A stretch of DNA of 61,670 nucleotides, filler included, from Globobulimina sp. (GCA_003354225.1; 15 parts of 15 records of this genome joined end to end with filler, not necessarily neighbours in it); one strand, 5' to 3'; positions 45,307-57,449 are shown, counted from the first letter of the whole stretch. Numbers and translations are program-made. The notes: generated by a model not told the origin, from the sequence alone.

Positions 45307-47457
45307 CGACACGGAATCATCAGCAAATTGGTGGAATTTATAAAATATGATAATAAGAAATGCAATTTTAAATATAAATATTCCGCAATGAAGATATTAA
45401 TCGAGTTAAGCGCCACAAATACGGCCTATTTGGAAGAGATTTGTTTCGGTTACAACGTATTATCATCATTTCACAATTTATGTTTAAGCCCTCCAGTTTC
45501 CAAATTATTCCATTACACCTCCTCCTCAACGCAATGCAATTGCGATTTGAACAAAAATGATCGCATAATTATGGAAACAGATAACATTTCAACCATTTTA
45601 AGTGCGTATCGATGGGACCCAAATGCCAAAAAATGGCGCAATGTCTGCGATTCTTGCGATTACGAAGGAAAAATACAAGGAGAAGGCGGCAAAGTTTGTG
45701 TGTATCAAAATATTTGTAGCGGCTTGCATAAATTTATGTTTTTTGTCCACTCCGAGCTGGCCTTATTGCAATACATTGACAACCAACAAGGTGTGACTTG
45801 GAACCGTAATGACAACGATTGCATCATTTATTGGCGAGGCGATGATTACAAAATGCATACGAATGGAACATGGAAGTTCATATTCAAAAGCAAACAGAAA
45901 AAGGACAAGAAATATATCCAAGAAGCCATCCAATTGCATGATTGCTTTGTGACATATTCGTGCAAAGACAATCAATCCGTCGGTGCGAAGATAATCAGTC
46001 AGTTGGACTCAAACAATATCTTTGATCATTTTTATTGGTTAACCAACAATTTGCAGGTCGAGATCTTGAACATTATGGAAAACAGAGAGGAGAATGTATT
46101 GATGAGGCTGTACAATGAGATATTATACACAATCAAAAACAATCGGAATGATGAGATTGAACATATCATTAATTGCGGTTTGATAAATAAAATCATTTCC
46201 TATCTGACACCGCATGCACAGATACCTCAGACCTATGGCAGATATGCGATGAAAATATTATTATTGCTATTAATTCACGGCGAGGACAGTCATGGCAGCA
46301 ACAGCCAATATAAAAAACAGATAATTTCTACATTCTATCATTTCCTGTGTGGTATCAACGATGATAACGAATTATTGCCCGATATTCTCGAATGTTTTGC
46401 GGAGCTGGTTTGTATTTCTCCCTTTCTGCGACACGAATGTCTGAAAATCGGTGCCTTGACGCATATATTTAACAATGTGTTGGAGTACAATGCCATCATA
46501 CAAAGTGTCGCAGTGGTGGCTATTTATAAGTTTCTGTCAAGTTTTACCAATTTGGATTTCGCGCTGATTGATAATGATAATGAGTTCCTGCAGAAGATGG
46601 CCAATGTTTTGGTTGCTTTGTTAGAGTATGCCGGCTATTACGATGACGCAGAGATGGAACAAGAATTATTGTCAAGCATTGAGGCCTTTTGTGGCGGCAG
46701 AAATAGTGAGTGTCGATCACGCATTTTGGTGAAGATAAAGTGTTTGCAATATATTGGGTCGTTATTGACTGAGTCAATTAAATTAAAATATACATACGGC
46801 ATTTCACCAAAAAAAAAGCAGAAAAATGACAATTTTCAGATTGAGAGTTCCTGCGTTCGCATCATTGGAAATGTTTTGTGTGACTGCATTTGGTCTGATT
46901 TTGAGGATAAAACTGTGGCTTTTTTGGACGAAATTAAATATCTACAAATTATACATAAATTGTTTAGTAATCAAAATATATCGCTCTCGAGAGATATATT
47001 GTGGTCGTTGTCAAATGTGTTAATCTCAAAGAAAGGGATTGAATGGATCTTGAAATATAAGCAAATTATATTTGATATTATACAAATCGCAGTTGCGAGC
47101 AATCTGAATGAAAATAGTCATAATCTCAAATTAAAATATGATGCCGGATGGTGTTTATGTAATGCTTATAGACATTCTACGACAAAACAAAAAATTGTAT
47201 TTTTAAAATGTGGATTTCAAAATGTTTTGTTGTCGTTAATTGGGATTGCTCAAATTAATGAAAAAAAATCCAAAAAAATGACATTTTTAATGCAACAAAT
47301 TGTAAAATCTACGCTTATGAAGGATCAACAAATAAAAATAAAGACAAAAAAATTTGAAACTCAATTAAAATATATATTGCAATATGAAACGGATAAAATA
47401 TATATAAATAATTTCAATAAATTATTAGATATTATACAATCGGGCTATATCGGATAA
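45307..47457 (+). CDS. Importin-alpha-like ARM protein with an embedded RanBP1/PH-like domain
   Basis: YRWDPNAKKW..GKVCVYQN..WRGDDY..WKFIFKS (RanBD-like); IINCGLINKIISYL, LRHECLKIGAL, RIIGNV, WSLSNV, DAGWCLCNA (ARM). Confidence 0.65.
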   Translation, partial: RHGIISKLVEFIKYDNKKCNFKYKYSAMKILIELSATNTAYLEEICFGYNVLSSFHNLCLSPPVSKLFHYTSSSTQCNCDLNKNDRIIMETDNISTILSAYRWDPNAKKWRNVCDSCDYEGKIQGEGGKVCVYQNICSGLHKFMFFVHSELALLQYIDNQQGVTWNRNDNDCIIYWRGDDYKMHTNGTWKFIFKSKQKKDKKYIQEAIQLHDCFVTYSCKDNQSVGAKIISQLDSNNIFDHFYWLTNNLQVEILNIMENREENVLMRLYNEILYTIKNNRNDEIEHIINCGLINKIISYLTPHAQIPQTYGRYAMKILLLLLIHGEDSHGSNSQYKKQIISTFYHFLCGINDDNELLPDILECFAELVCISPFLRHECLKIGALTHIFNNVLEYNAIIQSVAVVAIYKFLSSFTNLDFALIDNDNEFLQKMANVLVALLEYAGYYDDAEMEQELLSSIEAFCGGRNSECRSRILVKIKCLQYIGSLLTESIKLKYTYGISPKKKQKNDNFQIESSCVRIIGNVLCDCIWSDFEDKTVAFLDEIKYLQIIHKLFSNQNISLSRDILWSLSNVLISKKGIEWILKYKQIIFDIIQIAVASNLNENSHNLKLKYDAGWCLCNAYRHSTTKQKIVFLKCGFQNVLLSLIGIAQINEKKSKKMTFLMQQIVKSTLMKDQQIKIKTKKFETQLKYILQYETDKIYINNFNKLLDIIQSGYIG

Positions 47458-47652
47458 CAGCATAGCCGCTTATAATTATTTGTGCATTCACTGCATTTGT
47501 TTCTTTTTTTTGTGCGTTTTCTAGTTTTATTTTATATGTAAATGTTGCAGACACAGAGCAACACAGTTTTTGTCGTTTATAATAGATCCAAATTCACCGA
47601 ACAAGTTTCTTTTGTGCAAGGGTCGGAAAATAAAGCTATTGAGATCATAAAT

Positions 47653-48895
47653 TTAGTCCAATATTGAGGTCACAAATGGATCGCCTTTTAAATATTTACA
47701 CAAATAATTGGTCATATCCGTCGTAGTACATTTACCATTTAGTTCGGGTGTAACAAAATCATTTTCCAACAAATACCCAATACCATTTTCAATGTGCTGT
47801 GCAATATCCTGATACCCCATATACTGCAACATCAACACTGCAGATCTCCACTGCGATATTGGATTTACAATATTCTTCCCTGCAATATCCGGCGCAGAAC
47901 CATGGGTCGGCTCAAACACTGCAAAGCCACTTTCTTCATTTAACTGAGCAGCTGGCATCAACCCCAAACTCCCAATCATTCCGGCCAACAAATCGCTGAT
48001 TAAATCACCATATAAATTGGGACACGATATAACATCAAACTCATTATGGTTTATCATCAATTTATACAACATTGAATCTGCCAATTGCTCGTTATATGTT
48101 ATACCATACAAAGACTCTGAATCTCTAAATATATCCCGATGACAGTTTAAAAACAATCCATCCGATTTCTTGCATACATTGGATTTATGCACAGCGGTCA
48201 CCAGTTTCCTGTCGTTATTCTGTGCATATTTTAGCGAAAACTTCGCAATTCGGTCGCTTGCAGTCTTTGTGATACGTTTAATTGCTTCCACTGTGTCTCC
48301 ATCGTTTTTTACATATTCCTCGCCAGTGTACAAATCCTCCGTATTCTCGCGGACCACAATGATATCCACATTGGCAAATGGAGAATTCTTATAGGATTTG
48401 GCTGGCCGAATATGTCCGTACAATTGATATATTTTTCTGTGCAAAGTAGGTTACATCATTTGTGCATATATTCAATGTGCGGACTGTGAGCAGTATACCT
48501 TACCTTAGTGCTTGGTTTGGAGAAGTATATGATTTGCCAGTGTCTAAATTGTCGATCATGAAGGAAGTGTCGCCGGGTGGGATGGTAATGGGTCCCTTTA
48601 ATATTATTTTATGTTCTTCAAAGGCAGCTAAATGGTCTTTATTTATTGAATGACCTTTTTCTTTGTATAAGCCATAACCAAATGGCATATTTATCCATTC
48701 AATGTCAATGCCAGTTGAATCAATGGCTGCTGATATTATTTCTTTTGTACTTGACATTAATTCCGGTCCTATACCGTCACCATCTAAGGCTATAATTTGA
48801 TGTTTTTGTTTCTGTGTTGAGAACAATTGGCGATTGTATTGGAGTGTAATATGATTAAAACGAGATCGTGTTGCTAACTGTCGTAAATAGGACAT
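47653..48895 (-). CDS. Isocitrate/isopropylmalate dehydrogenase family, mitochondrial (intron 48437-48503)
   Basis: GDGIGPE, VRENTEDLY, VHKSNV, NLYGDLISDL, FEPTHGSAPDIAGK. Confidence 0.93.
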
Positions 48896-48946
48896 GATCG
48901 ATTTAAAAATTGTTTTAGTTATTAGTAGTAAAAAACTTTTAAACTG

Positions 48947-49322
48947 ATGGCAGAATTAAACCAACCAGATGACAAAAGTGATGAATCGACTGATGATGTC
49001 AAGATTGAACACGAGGAGAAAAAAAATGATGGTAAAATAGTACTGAACATTGGAAACAAAGAATCAATAAAGATATTATTTTTGGATATAGATGGTGTGA
49101 TGAATGGAGCTGAAGATTTATTTGGCGATGATATTGATGAACAGCATGAACTGTTTAAAGCCCATCGCATCAATCGGTTGAAGCATATATTGGATAAAAC
49201 AAATTGTAAAGTTGTGTTATCATCAGCGTGGAGACGGCATATTGAGGGAAAGAATCAAATCAAACAAGCATTTACTAAAAAAGGAATCAAATGGGATACT
49301 GTGTATATTGGAGACACGCCAA
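48947..49322 (+). CDS. HAD-fold 'Swiss Army Knife RNA repair'-like domain protein (3' truncated)
   Basis: ILFLDIDGVMN...LKHILDKTNCKVVLSSAWR...IGDTP. Confidence 0.75.
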
Positions 49323-49466
49323 NNNNNNNNNNNNNNNNNNNNNNNNNNNNNNNNNNNNNNNNNNNNTTAATTAATTAANNNNNNNNNNNNNNNNNNNNNN
49401 NNNNNNNNNNNNNNNNNNNNNNATAAAGAATGTCAAAGTTACATCCCTTCGGCTGTTGTGATGAAA

Positions 49467-49736
49467 TCATATCTCGCATTGAGTGATTGTATGTTTCTTG
49501 ATTGCTTGAACAATCTCATTAAATATTTTATCTTTTTCGTTTCTTTTCAAAATTGAAAACCTTATCCTTTTAAACCTAAATTTATATTAATTTCGTTGTC
49601 AATTAACAACAATCCGAATTCGAATAAATGAGCAATAACACTTGCATTGTTCCCAAACACACCACATCCAAAAGCACCAAGCACCACTGCTTCATGGTTA
49701 TACTTAACAGCAATATCCAATATTTAATCAATGTGC
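49467..49736 (-). pseudogene. Fragment of a TIGR02452/DUF2263 (bacterial-type PARG macrodomain) gene
   Basis: Manual translation HID*ILDIAVKYNHEAVVLGAFGCGVFGNNASVIAHLF, then a frameshift to FRFKRIRFSIL; truncated at the retroelement edge. Confidence 0.7.
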
Positions 49737-49905
49737 TATATAATTCGGAGTTATATGCGTTGCAAATATAACTCCAGTTATATAGATGATAAACCCCGAA
49801 TAGAATAGGATCCATAATTGAGAATAGATGCGAATTATGAATGACGTCAATAAACGGCGATTTGAAGAATAATAATACAACGCCTTTTCGTAATAATTTT
49901 TTAAG

Positions 49906-51708
49906 ATGAAAAGGGCGTTCCGAAAACTAGCCAACTTGAGCCAGTCACAAAAGCAAAAACAACAACCCCCTACACCTACAGCCACCAATCCCCGCGACAC
50001 AAAAAGAAAAGTAATCCATATTCGCCGGAGATTACCACAACAACCAATGTCCGGAGACGACGAAAATAATCCCAAATCTCATTGGGATAAACAAAAAGAT
50101 GCAGTTCAGCAGAAATTAGGTAAAACCTGGACGCAGATTAAGGAGATTCAGGACAAAGATTTATTAATGATTCATTACATGAAATTGGACGCTTTCCAGC
50201 GAACGATATTTATGCGACAGATAAAGGTCGATCAAGCCAGGAATATTAGTGAAGAATTGGAGGCATTATTGAGTCAGCAAGAAAGCCAGAGACGGCAACA
50301 AGAAGCGGAGCAACAGCCGCTATCAACAGAGCAAATCCAGAATTTAATGCAGCAACAATCCCAACAGGGATACCAAGTTTAGTAAATCACAAATTTGATT
50401 ACTTTTTTCAATGAGAGAGGCCGTGACGTCAATCCCCAGACGGAACGGAATGCATAAAACTTTTTGCGGCCATATACGCAAAATCGCACATCTACGCTTA
50501 AGGTGATGGGCGGTATGATGTCGGCAGCGGTCGATAGAATGGGGGGAATGGTCCAAACCATATCGGGATCATTGCAGAACCAATACGGAGAGATTGAGAA
50601 ATGCACAAAAGTGGTCTCGGCACATAACGTCAACAAAGTGCTGAACGCCGAGATCCAAAAGAAGCATTTGATCGAATTATACGCAACGGCGAATGTATTG
50701 GCGTCATTAGAAAATAACATAAGCGCATTCCAAGTAAATAGGGCGTGATGCGCCATAATGAACAAAGGAAAGAATGCCCAGGAAGATAGGGTCCCATTTG
50801 ATGCTAAAGCCCCGGGATTCAAATCCTTGGCATTATTGGCATTAACAGAGGCATTACAGCCGCAATTAAAACGGCAAGAATTAAGATTTGAGACAGAGGC
50901 ATTAATCAAAAAATTATTGGCATTAACAGAGGCATTACAGCCGCAATTAAAACGGCAAGAATTAAGATTTGAGACAGAGGCATTAATCAAAAAATTAATA
51001 GCCATCGAACAAGGAGAGCCAGACGAGAATGTAAAGGAAATGACACTCCTTTTACAGCAGATACAGCCAACATTGCTTGACCAGGAATTGGCGGAGAAGA
51101 CGGCGGCATTTATCACGAAGTTGACAGCCATCGAGAATGAGCCAGATGAGAATGTCCGAGGAATGCGAGAGATTTTAGAGAGGCAAAAAAAACAATCGGT
51201 TGGATTGCAGAGAGAGATTTTTTTGAATTGAATGATGCGGCAAAAAAACTGCAGCAATTAATACATCGCACATTGAATAAATTGAAAGAGAGAGAAAGTC
51301 AGAAAAAAAGCATGAATTAATAAAATTGAACTATAACACAATCGACCAGACGATTGTTGATGATTTGATTGAGAGATTGCAAGGAATGATAAAAACCAAT
51401 AACAAAGGCCGATGCCCATTTGATTTGAGAAAGGGAAAATGTTATGATTTTTGGTATAACGGATTCTGTGCAAAGGGAAGTCATTTAAATGGGTTTTGTG
51501 GACAATATAAACATTTACAGAATCCTCTGAAAAAGAGACAGAAGCAACAAAATAATGCTCCGCAACAATACGGACATCAAAATAATTGCAATGACCATTA
51601 TCGCATCAAAACAATTGGAATGGGCGGCAAAATGAGTGGAATCCACCACAAAATAACCCAAATGCCAGGGGACAGAATAAAAACAACAGAAACAACAACA
51701 GAAGATGA
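49906..51708 (+). pseudogene. Gag-like ORF1, interrupted
   Basis: ORFs 49906, 50464 and 50758 share one frame broken by TAG, TAA, TAA and TGA, followed by frameshifts. CYDFWYNGFC..FCGQYKH zinc finger. Confidence 0.6.
50832..50997 (+). repeat. Perfect 81-bp tandem duplication
   Basis: Encodes LALTEALQPQLKRQELRFETEALIKKL twice. Confidence 0.95.
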
Positions 51709-51990
51709 GATGAGATAAAATTTATATATTTCAACAAATAAAAAGCAAAGCAATTGGAAACTGGGGGATTTAAGCAAATATTCTTTCTTTTTTTATGCGC
51801 CTTTTTTATGCGCATACTTTGAGTGTATACAATTATGCTTATCGCCGAAAACGTTTTTGCAAATTTCGGAGATAAACGCATATTTATTTTTGTTTTCCAT
51901 AATAACTAATTAAACACTCACTTTTTTAAACCAATATATAAGGAACAAACATATAAATCGAGCCATCCAAAAGTCAGAAACGACGCAAGG

Positions 51991-53438
51991 ATGAGAGCAA
52001 TCTACGCAAAATGGAAAGATATGGACGTGCCAGAATTACCCCCTTGTTGGGATTTGCCGGCCGAGAGATATATTCATGCAATGGACACATTGCCAGACGG
52101 GAAAACAGGAAATATTGGATTCCCAGACAAAGAAAACAAGAAAAAAATGGTGGACTTACTAAAAAACGGTGCCACAATAACAAAAAACCAGAGACCAAAG
52201 CTGGAGACAAGAAATGATATTGAATATCCACTGACGATTGACCAACACATCAAAAAATGTGAAATAATCCAGAAACGCATTAAAGACAAAGCAATCTGGG
52301 GTCCGCCTCATCAAAATAATATGCCAGAAGGTTATGAGGATTACCATATCAATCCGATATTTATGAAGAACGATACGCCGATAGATAACCCAGAAAAAGA
52401 AAAGCATCGAATCATTGTCGATTGCTCAAAGTCAAATAATGTCGGCTTTGCCCCAAATGATAATATCTTTGATGATGAAAAAAGCTGCGAATACACCACC
52501 ATATTAGACATAGTCAGATTGATTGTAACGTGCGGTATAAAATGGATGGTCGCAGCCGACGCACAAAACGCATTCAATCGAGTGCCCATTGAAAGAAGTT
52601 TCATAAAATGGTTTGGAACCAGAATTGGAGAATGGATATTTTTGTGGACGGCACTAGTTTTGGGAGTGGCGTCAAGCTGTAATATATATTCATTATTCGC
52701 AGCGACGGTCGCCTGGATAATAGTGAATTCGTTCCAGTACTTATTTTACATCGGAAACAAGTGTATATTGAGAAACTATTTAGACGATTTTTTTGCGGGC
52801 CACCATGATGAGAATAAATGTTGGCAGCAATATTATGCAATAAAATGGATGTTTGGATACTTAGGAATCCCGACACAGAAACGAAAAATGATAACTCCGA
52901 CCCAAATATTAATATGGATCGGATTTATAATAAATTGTATTGAAAATTATTTGGCGATACCAAGAGCCAAAATAATTAAAACAACGATAAAAGGGAGATA
53001 TTTGGAGAAATTACACAAACAAAAGACCAGAGCCAAAGCAAAAGATATTTCTTCGTTTGTAGGGATAGCGAGACATATATCGTATGTCCATTATTATATA
53101 ATCCCTGCACTGCGACGTTTGGAGGAGGCCATAGCAGGAAAGGAGCCAATGGACACTGTAAGGATAACAGTGGAAATGGCGCGAGATATAAATATGATAT
53201 TGGTCCCAATATTGGACCCAACAAAGAATAGAATTCCGTTCAAATGGCTGTTATATGACAAAGCCAGTTCGGACTTAATAATTGAAACCGACGCATCGGG
53301 AAAAATCGGCTTAGGAGGCATTGAGATGAGGGATGGAGGCATATTCTATGCCACTTTCTATAATGAATTGACAGAGTGGGACTATCAAAACCCACCGGAT
53401 ATTGTTTATTTAGAATTATTCTTGGCACTAAAGCGTTG
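51991..53438 (+). CDS. Reverse transcriptase-RNase H, DIRS-type (3' truncated)
   Basis: KHRIIVDCS, ADAQNAFNRVPI, LGVASSC, NYLDDFF, WIGFII, ETDASGKIGLGG, IVYLEL. Confidence 0.9.
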
Positions 53439-53609
53439 NNNNNNNNNNNNNNNNNNNNNNNNNNNNNNNNNNNNNNNNNNNNTTAATTAATTAANNNNNN
53501 NNNNNNNNNNNNNNNNNNNNNNNNNNNNNNNNNNNNNNATAATTTTTGTAAAGAAATTCAATTATTTAATTTTATAATACACTAGTTTTAAAAAAAAAAT
53601 CGTACAAAA

Positions 53610-55040
53610 TTACAATCCATAACTTTTTGATTGTAATATTTTGATATTATTTACAAATGTTTTCCAATGATTGATCAATATCAACCTATAAATTTCATGT
53701 TCAATCTGTTTAATATATGGACAAAATGTGCATATGCATTATGTACAAATTACAAAAACACGGAAACAAAATATATCAAAAAGAAACGAATTAAACTTCA
53801 GAAAAAAATTGAGCATCGATATCGAGTGGTTGTTTAGCTTTAAATTGTTGTTCCAATTCTTGCATCGCGTTTAATACCTCAATAAAAGAAAAAACATACA
53901 AAAATATTGCGACAGATACTTGACAAATTATACGTGTACTTAACGCACATTTTGTCGAACTTGATAGGAGAGGTTAAGAGTAAAAGTGGCGTCTGGATCA
54001 ACTGAAGTGGCCATAATCTGTCTGCCAACCATAAATCTCTGAACCTCCGTCGGTTGGTTTTTAAATTTACAGACCATCTCTAAAAACAAAACAATTTCAT
54101 CACAAAATGTTTGTTTTAGGTATTGGTAGAAATATTCTTTCCCAGTTCTTGATTGTAAAAAACTGCTCAAATTGGAGAGAAATTGAATATCATTTTCGTT
54201 TTGAAATGACTTTGCGATGTCATGTAACTGTGCACAATAACTGATATCCTGTCCGCTCATAATCTGTGCAGCCACAGAAAATATTTCATCAAATGCATAT
54301 TTTACTTCAATGGTATATTTTTTAGGAAAATAATGAGTCAAGTAATGGGTGGAAATGGTGCATTCTAACACCCATATTTTGGTGTAATACGCCTAAGTTT
54401 GTTAATAATAGATACAAATCGATATCATCAACGAGCAAATTTCGAAATAACCATCCAATCATATCCAAATATTTTAAACTTTTTTCTTTAATATTTTTAT
54501 TATTTTGCTTCAAGTTACCAATCATTATTTGCTTCATTTCTTTGTTTGCGGACATTGCACCAAAAAATATGGAGCAACCAATTTCCTGTTTGTTGTATAT
54601 ATTAAATATATTATATACATATAATTATGTGTACATTTAACTAATTGTTGCTCCATGCCCACGTTTTCCATATTTCTATGCCAGAATTTTGCAGCAATTT
54701 TACTGATTCTGCTGTGGATATGCGTTCCCGTGATACCATTCGTTATATTTGAATAGGAACTGTTATTCTTTTTAAGTTGAGGTTTAAACATAGAAAGTGA
54801 TGGTAATGTGGAATGGTCAACAGTTTGATCAGAAACAGGGCTTATTTCAGAAAGCGGAGGAATTGATTTTTTCGATGATAATCTTGCAGTAAAAGTATAC
54901 GTTGAACTTGGCGAAACAACTTGTTTCTCGTCATTGGCAATTGAGACTGTTGGTGTTGACATAAATGTAGAGGTTGGTGTTGATATCGCTGTTTGATGCA
55001 CAGCGATCGGTGTGATTTCAGTTGATTTTTGGTTGCCCAT
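53610..55040 (-). CDS. Myristoylation motif-globin-RGS fusion (introns 54586-54641, 53878-53948, 53706-53796; one frameshift near 54335)
   Basis: MGNQKS; globin LTNLGVLHQNMGVRMHHF..YTIEVKYAFDEIF; RGS GKEYFYQYLKQTFCDEIVLFL..LNLSYQVR..FSEIEHEIYRLI..HWKTF. Confidence 0.72.
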
Positions 55041-55116
55041 TCTATAGCATTTAAAAAGAAGCTGAGAAATAATATTTTAAAAACCCGTACTTGAAGTACA
55101 GTACACTACATATAAA

Positions 55117-57009
55117 ATGAACAATTTACGTCGTGTTGCCAATAAAGGCACCTCTGTTTATAGGACCATACCATTACTTTTATTTGTAAATCCTGCCAAA
55201 TTTCATTATTCTGCCATGTCAAACGAATTGCCAACAACCAAACACATCCCACAACCAAACTATTTGGATATATTGTTAGATAATATACCCGCACCATGGG
55301 CAAATACACAAACTAAAGACATATCAGATACCACCGCTGCATTTAAAAAATGGATACAATTTCGACATTTGTCAGAAGAGGATGGCAAAATGCTAAACAC
55401 ATTGAAAGAACACATAATAAATGGCGGACATCCGGATTTTCCGCGGCTAACAAAAGACAACAACAACAACAAATGTTTAAAACATTGGACCGATGATTAC
55501 TACACAAGCATAGACACGAAATGTTTCCAATGGCTCAAAAAACAAAGACAATTATATAGGAACAAGAGTATCCATCCATGGTTGCATTGGAAACTCTTGC
55601 AATTAAACGTGACTCTAAAATGGTTTGCAATATATATAATACATAAAATTTCTTGAAAATTCTGAGAAATTAAACCTTCCCTATTTAGGACCAGAGAGCC
55701 TTTGCAAGACCGCGATTTCCGATGGATGGGATACTATGACGATGTGTTAAATAATGCCGACACAGCATCACTTTGTGCGGAATCTGACCCGTTGTTCCCA
55801 TTGCATTCCAGCGACGAGCCGTTATTGAAATTTTTAAATCCATTTTATGAGCTTTGGTACGAAAACATGCCACAAACATTGAAACAACTAAGATTAATAA
55901 ATGCGAACAAAGAACCGCCAAATGAGGGCTATACGGACAAAGACGATATTCGCGCCACGCGAATCATAAAACGATACGACACAGAAACGCATGAATGGAG
56001 ATATTATATCGGAGCGAAGAATATCGACCAACAAAAAATCGACGCTGAAATATTACATAAATCGAATGGAAACGCAGAGAATGAGCAGAATGGAAATGAA
56101 AAGGATCCGATTCTACGGACTTCCTATTTAGGCAAAGATTTATATGATAAAAATAGTTATTCGTTGGCGGAAATGAATGAATTGTTGGCGGACAAAGAAA
56201 AGATGAATGAATTAGGCGTTGAGAGCATGAATTATTTGCGGGCGAAAGAGACAAAAAAAGAAATGAAAGATAGTTTTGAGAGCGCAGCGGTGAGACCAAC
56301 ATATTCAAAAAGACAACGCGCGGAATATTTCATTGAAGCGTTGAAACGCGATTTGATCGAAGCGTCGCATTTGAATTTGAAGGAACTGATATTAATTATT
56401 CAACATTTGGGATTGGAGTACCATCCGAAGCAGAATCCGAATGCAAAGCGAATGAATGATTACATGCCATATTCGTCGCCAATGAAACGGAAAGAAGCGA
56501 AAACAAAATGGAATGACTGGAATGGAAATAAGGCAGTGGAGATCTACGAGTTTCGCCCACAGAGATATACGGATAGGAACGGCGTGTTCAGTGAGTTGGA
56601 CATCTATCACAAGACCAGGCATCCAGGCCAACCGCCGTGGGGAGTTTGGGAGATTCCGGAGCCAAATTTGGATGTGGAATACTTTCAAATCAAAGTCGAA
56701 GCGTATTTGAAATGTTGGAGACAGAGCGCCGAAGGAAGGCAGTTTATCAAAAATCAGTTGCAAAGGAAGGATTGGGATGGCGCACAATGCGAGAAATTAA
56801 AGAAAGGGATTGAATTATTGAGGGAAGAGAAAGCAAATAAATGTGAGAAAATCAATGACAACAAACAGTTTAGATATAAATTTGGGAATGACATTGCGTG
56901 GCAGCCACAATGCAAAGAAAAGACTTTGGAAATACAGAAATTGAACTGTGAGTGCCAACAAATTGAGGAGATATTAGAGAGTGTGTACAGATATAATGCT
57001 CTCTGTTAA
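55117..57009 (+). CDS. Hypothetical protein, possibly mitochondrion-targeted (intron 55623-55688)
   Basis: The two ORFs join in frame (..VTLKW|TREPLQD..) via GT-AG; Arg-rich N-terminus. Confidence 0.7.
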
Positions 57010-57063
57010 ATGTTAGAGAGAGTTGACAGTTTTTGCTTCCTTGCACTTGAAAGTTTAAGTTGT

Positions 57064-57449
57064 CATATAAGGGATGACCTAAACATTTTAGTAGTCTGCA
57101 TAGCAAACATATACGACTAAACGTTGAATATTGTTCGGATTTCAACGTTTAATATCAAACGTTTGATACCAAACGTTTCAATACCTGTGAACCCTAACGT
57201 TTCTCATCAAACGATTCTCATCTAGTAGAGATCAATATATAATGGATTTCCATCAAACGTTTGATATCAAACGTTTGCCATTGGAAGATTTGAAACGTTT
57301 TTCATCGAGCGTTTGATCACAAGTATTGAAACGTTTGGTATCAAACGTTTGATATTAAACGTTGAAATCCTAACAATATTCAACGTTTAGTCGTATATGT
57401 TTGCTATGCAGACTACGTATACTAAAATGTTTAGGCCATCCCTTATATG
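57064..57449. mobile_element. Foldback/MITE-like element with about 125-bp inverted arms
   Basis: CATATAAGGGATG...CATCCCTTATATG; near-perfect arms; 12 AACGTT palindromic subrepeats. Confidence 0.85.

Larger units (their letters stand above)
49736..53438 (+). mobile_element. DIRS/Ngaro-like retrotransposon (5' part; tyrosine recombinase not in contig)
   Basis: Hairpin at the left edge, decayed gag-like ORF with CCCH finger, RT and DIRS1-type RNase H. Confidence 0.75.

Noticed and set aside
50380-50460. TAA/TAG read as Gln (ciliate-type code)
   Set aside because: The RT and all other long ORFs use CAA/CAG freely with no in-frame TAR, and TAA/TAG end many genes.
51991-55040. RT next to globin-RGS, or RT plus hairpin as a retron/DGR/defence system
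   Set aside because: They are on different contigs, and the RT has DIRS-type RNase H and a gag-like ORF; no msr-msd or TR/VR pair was seen.
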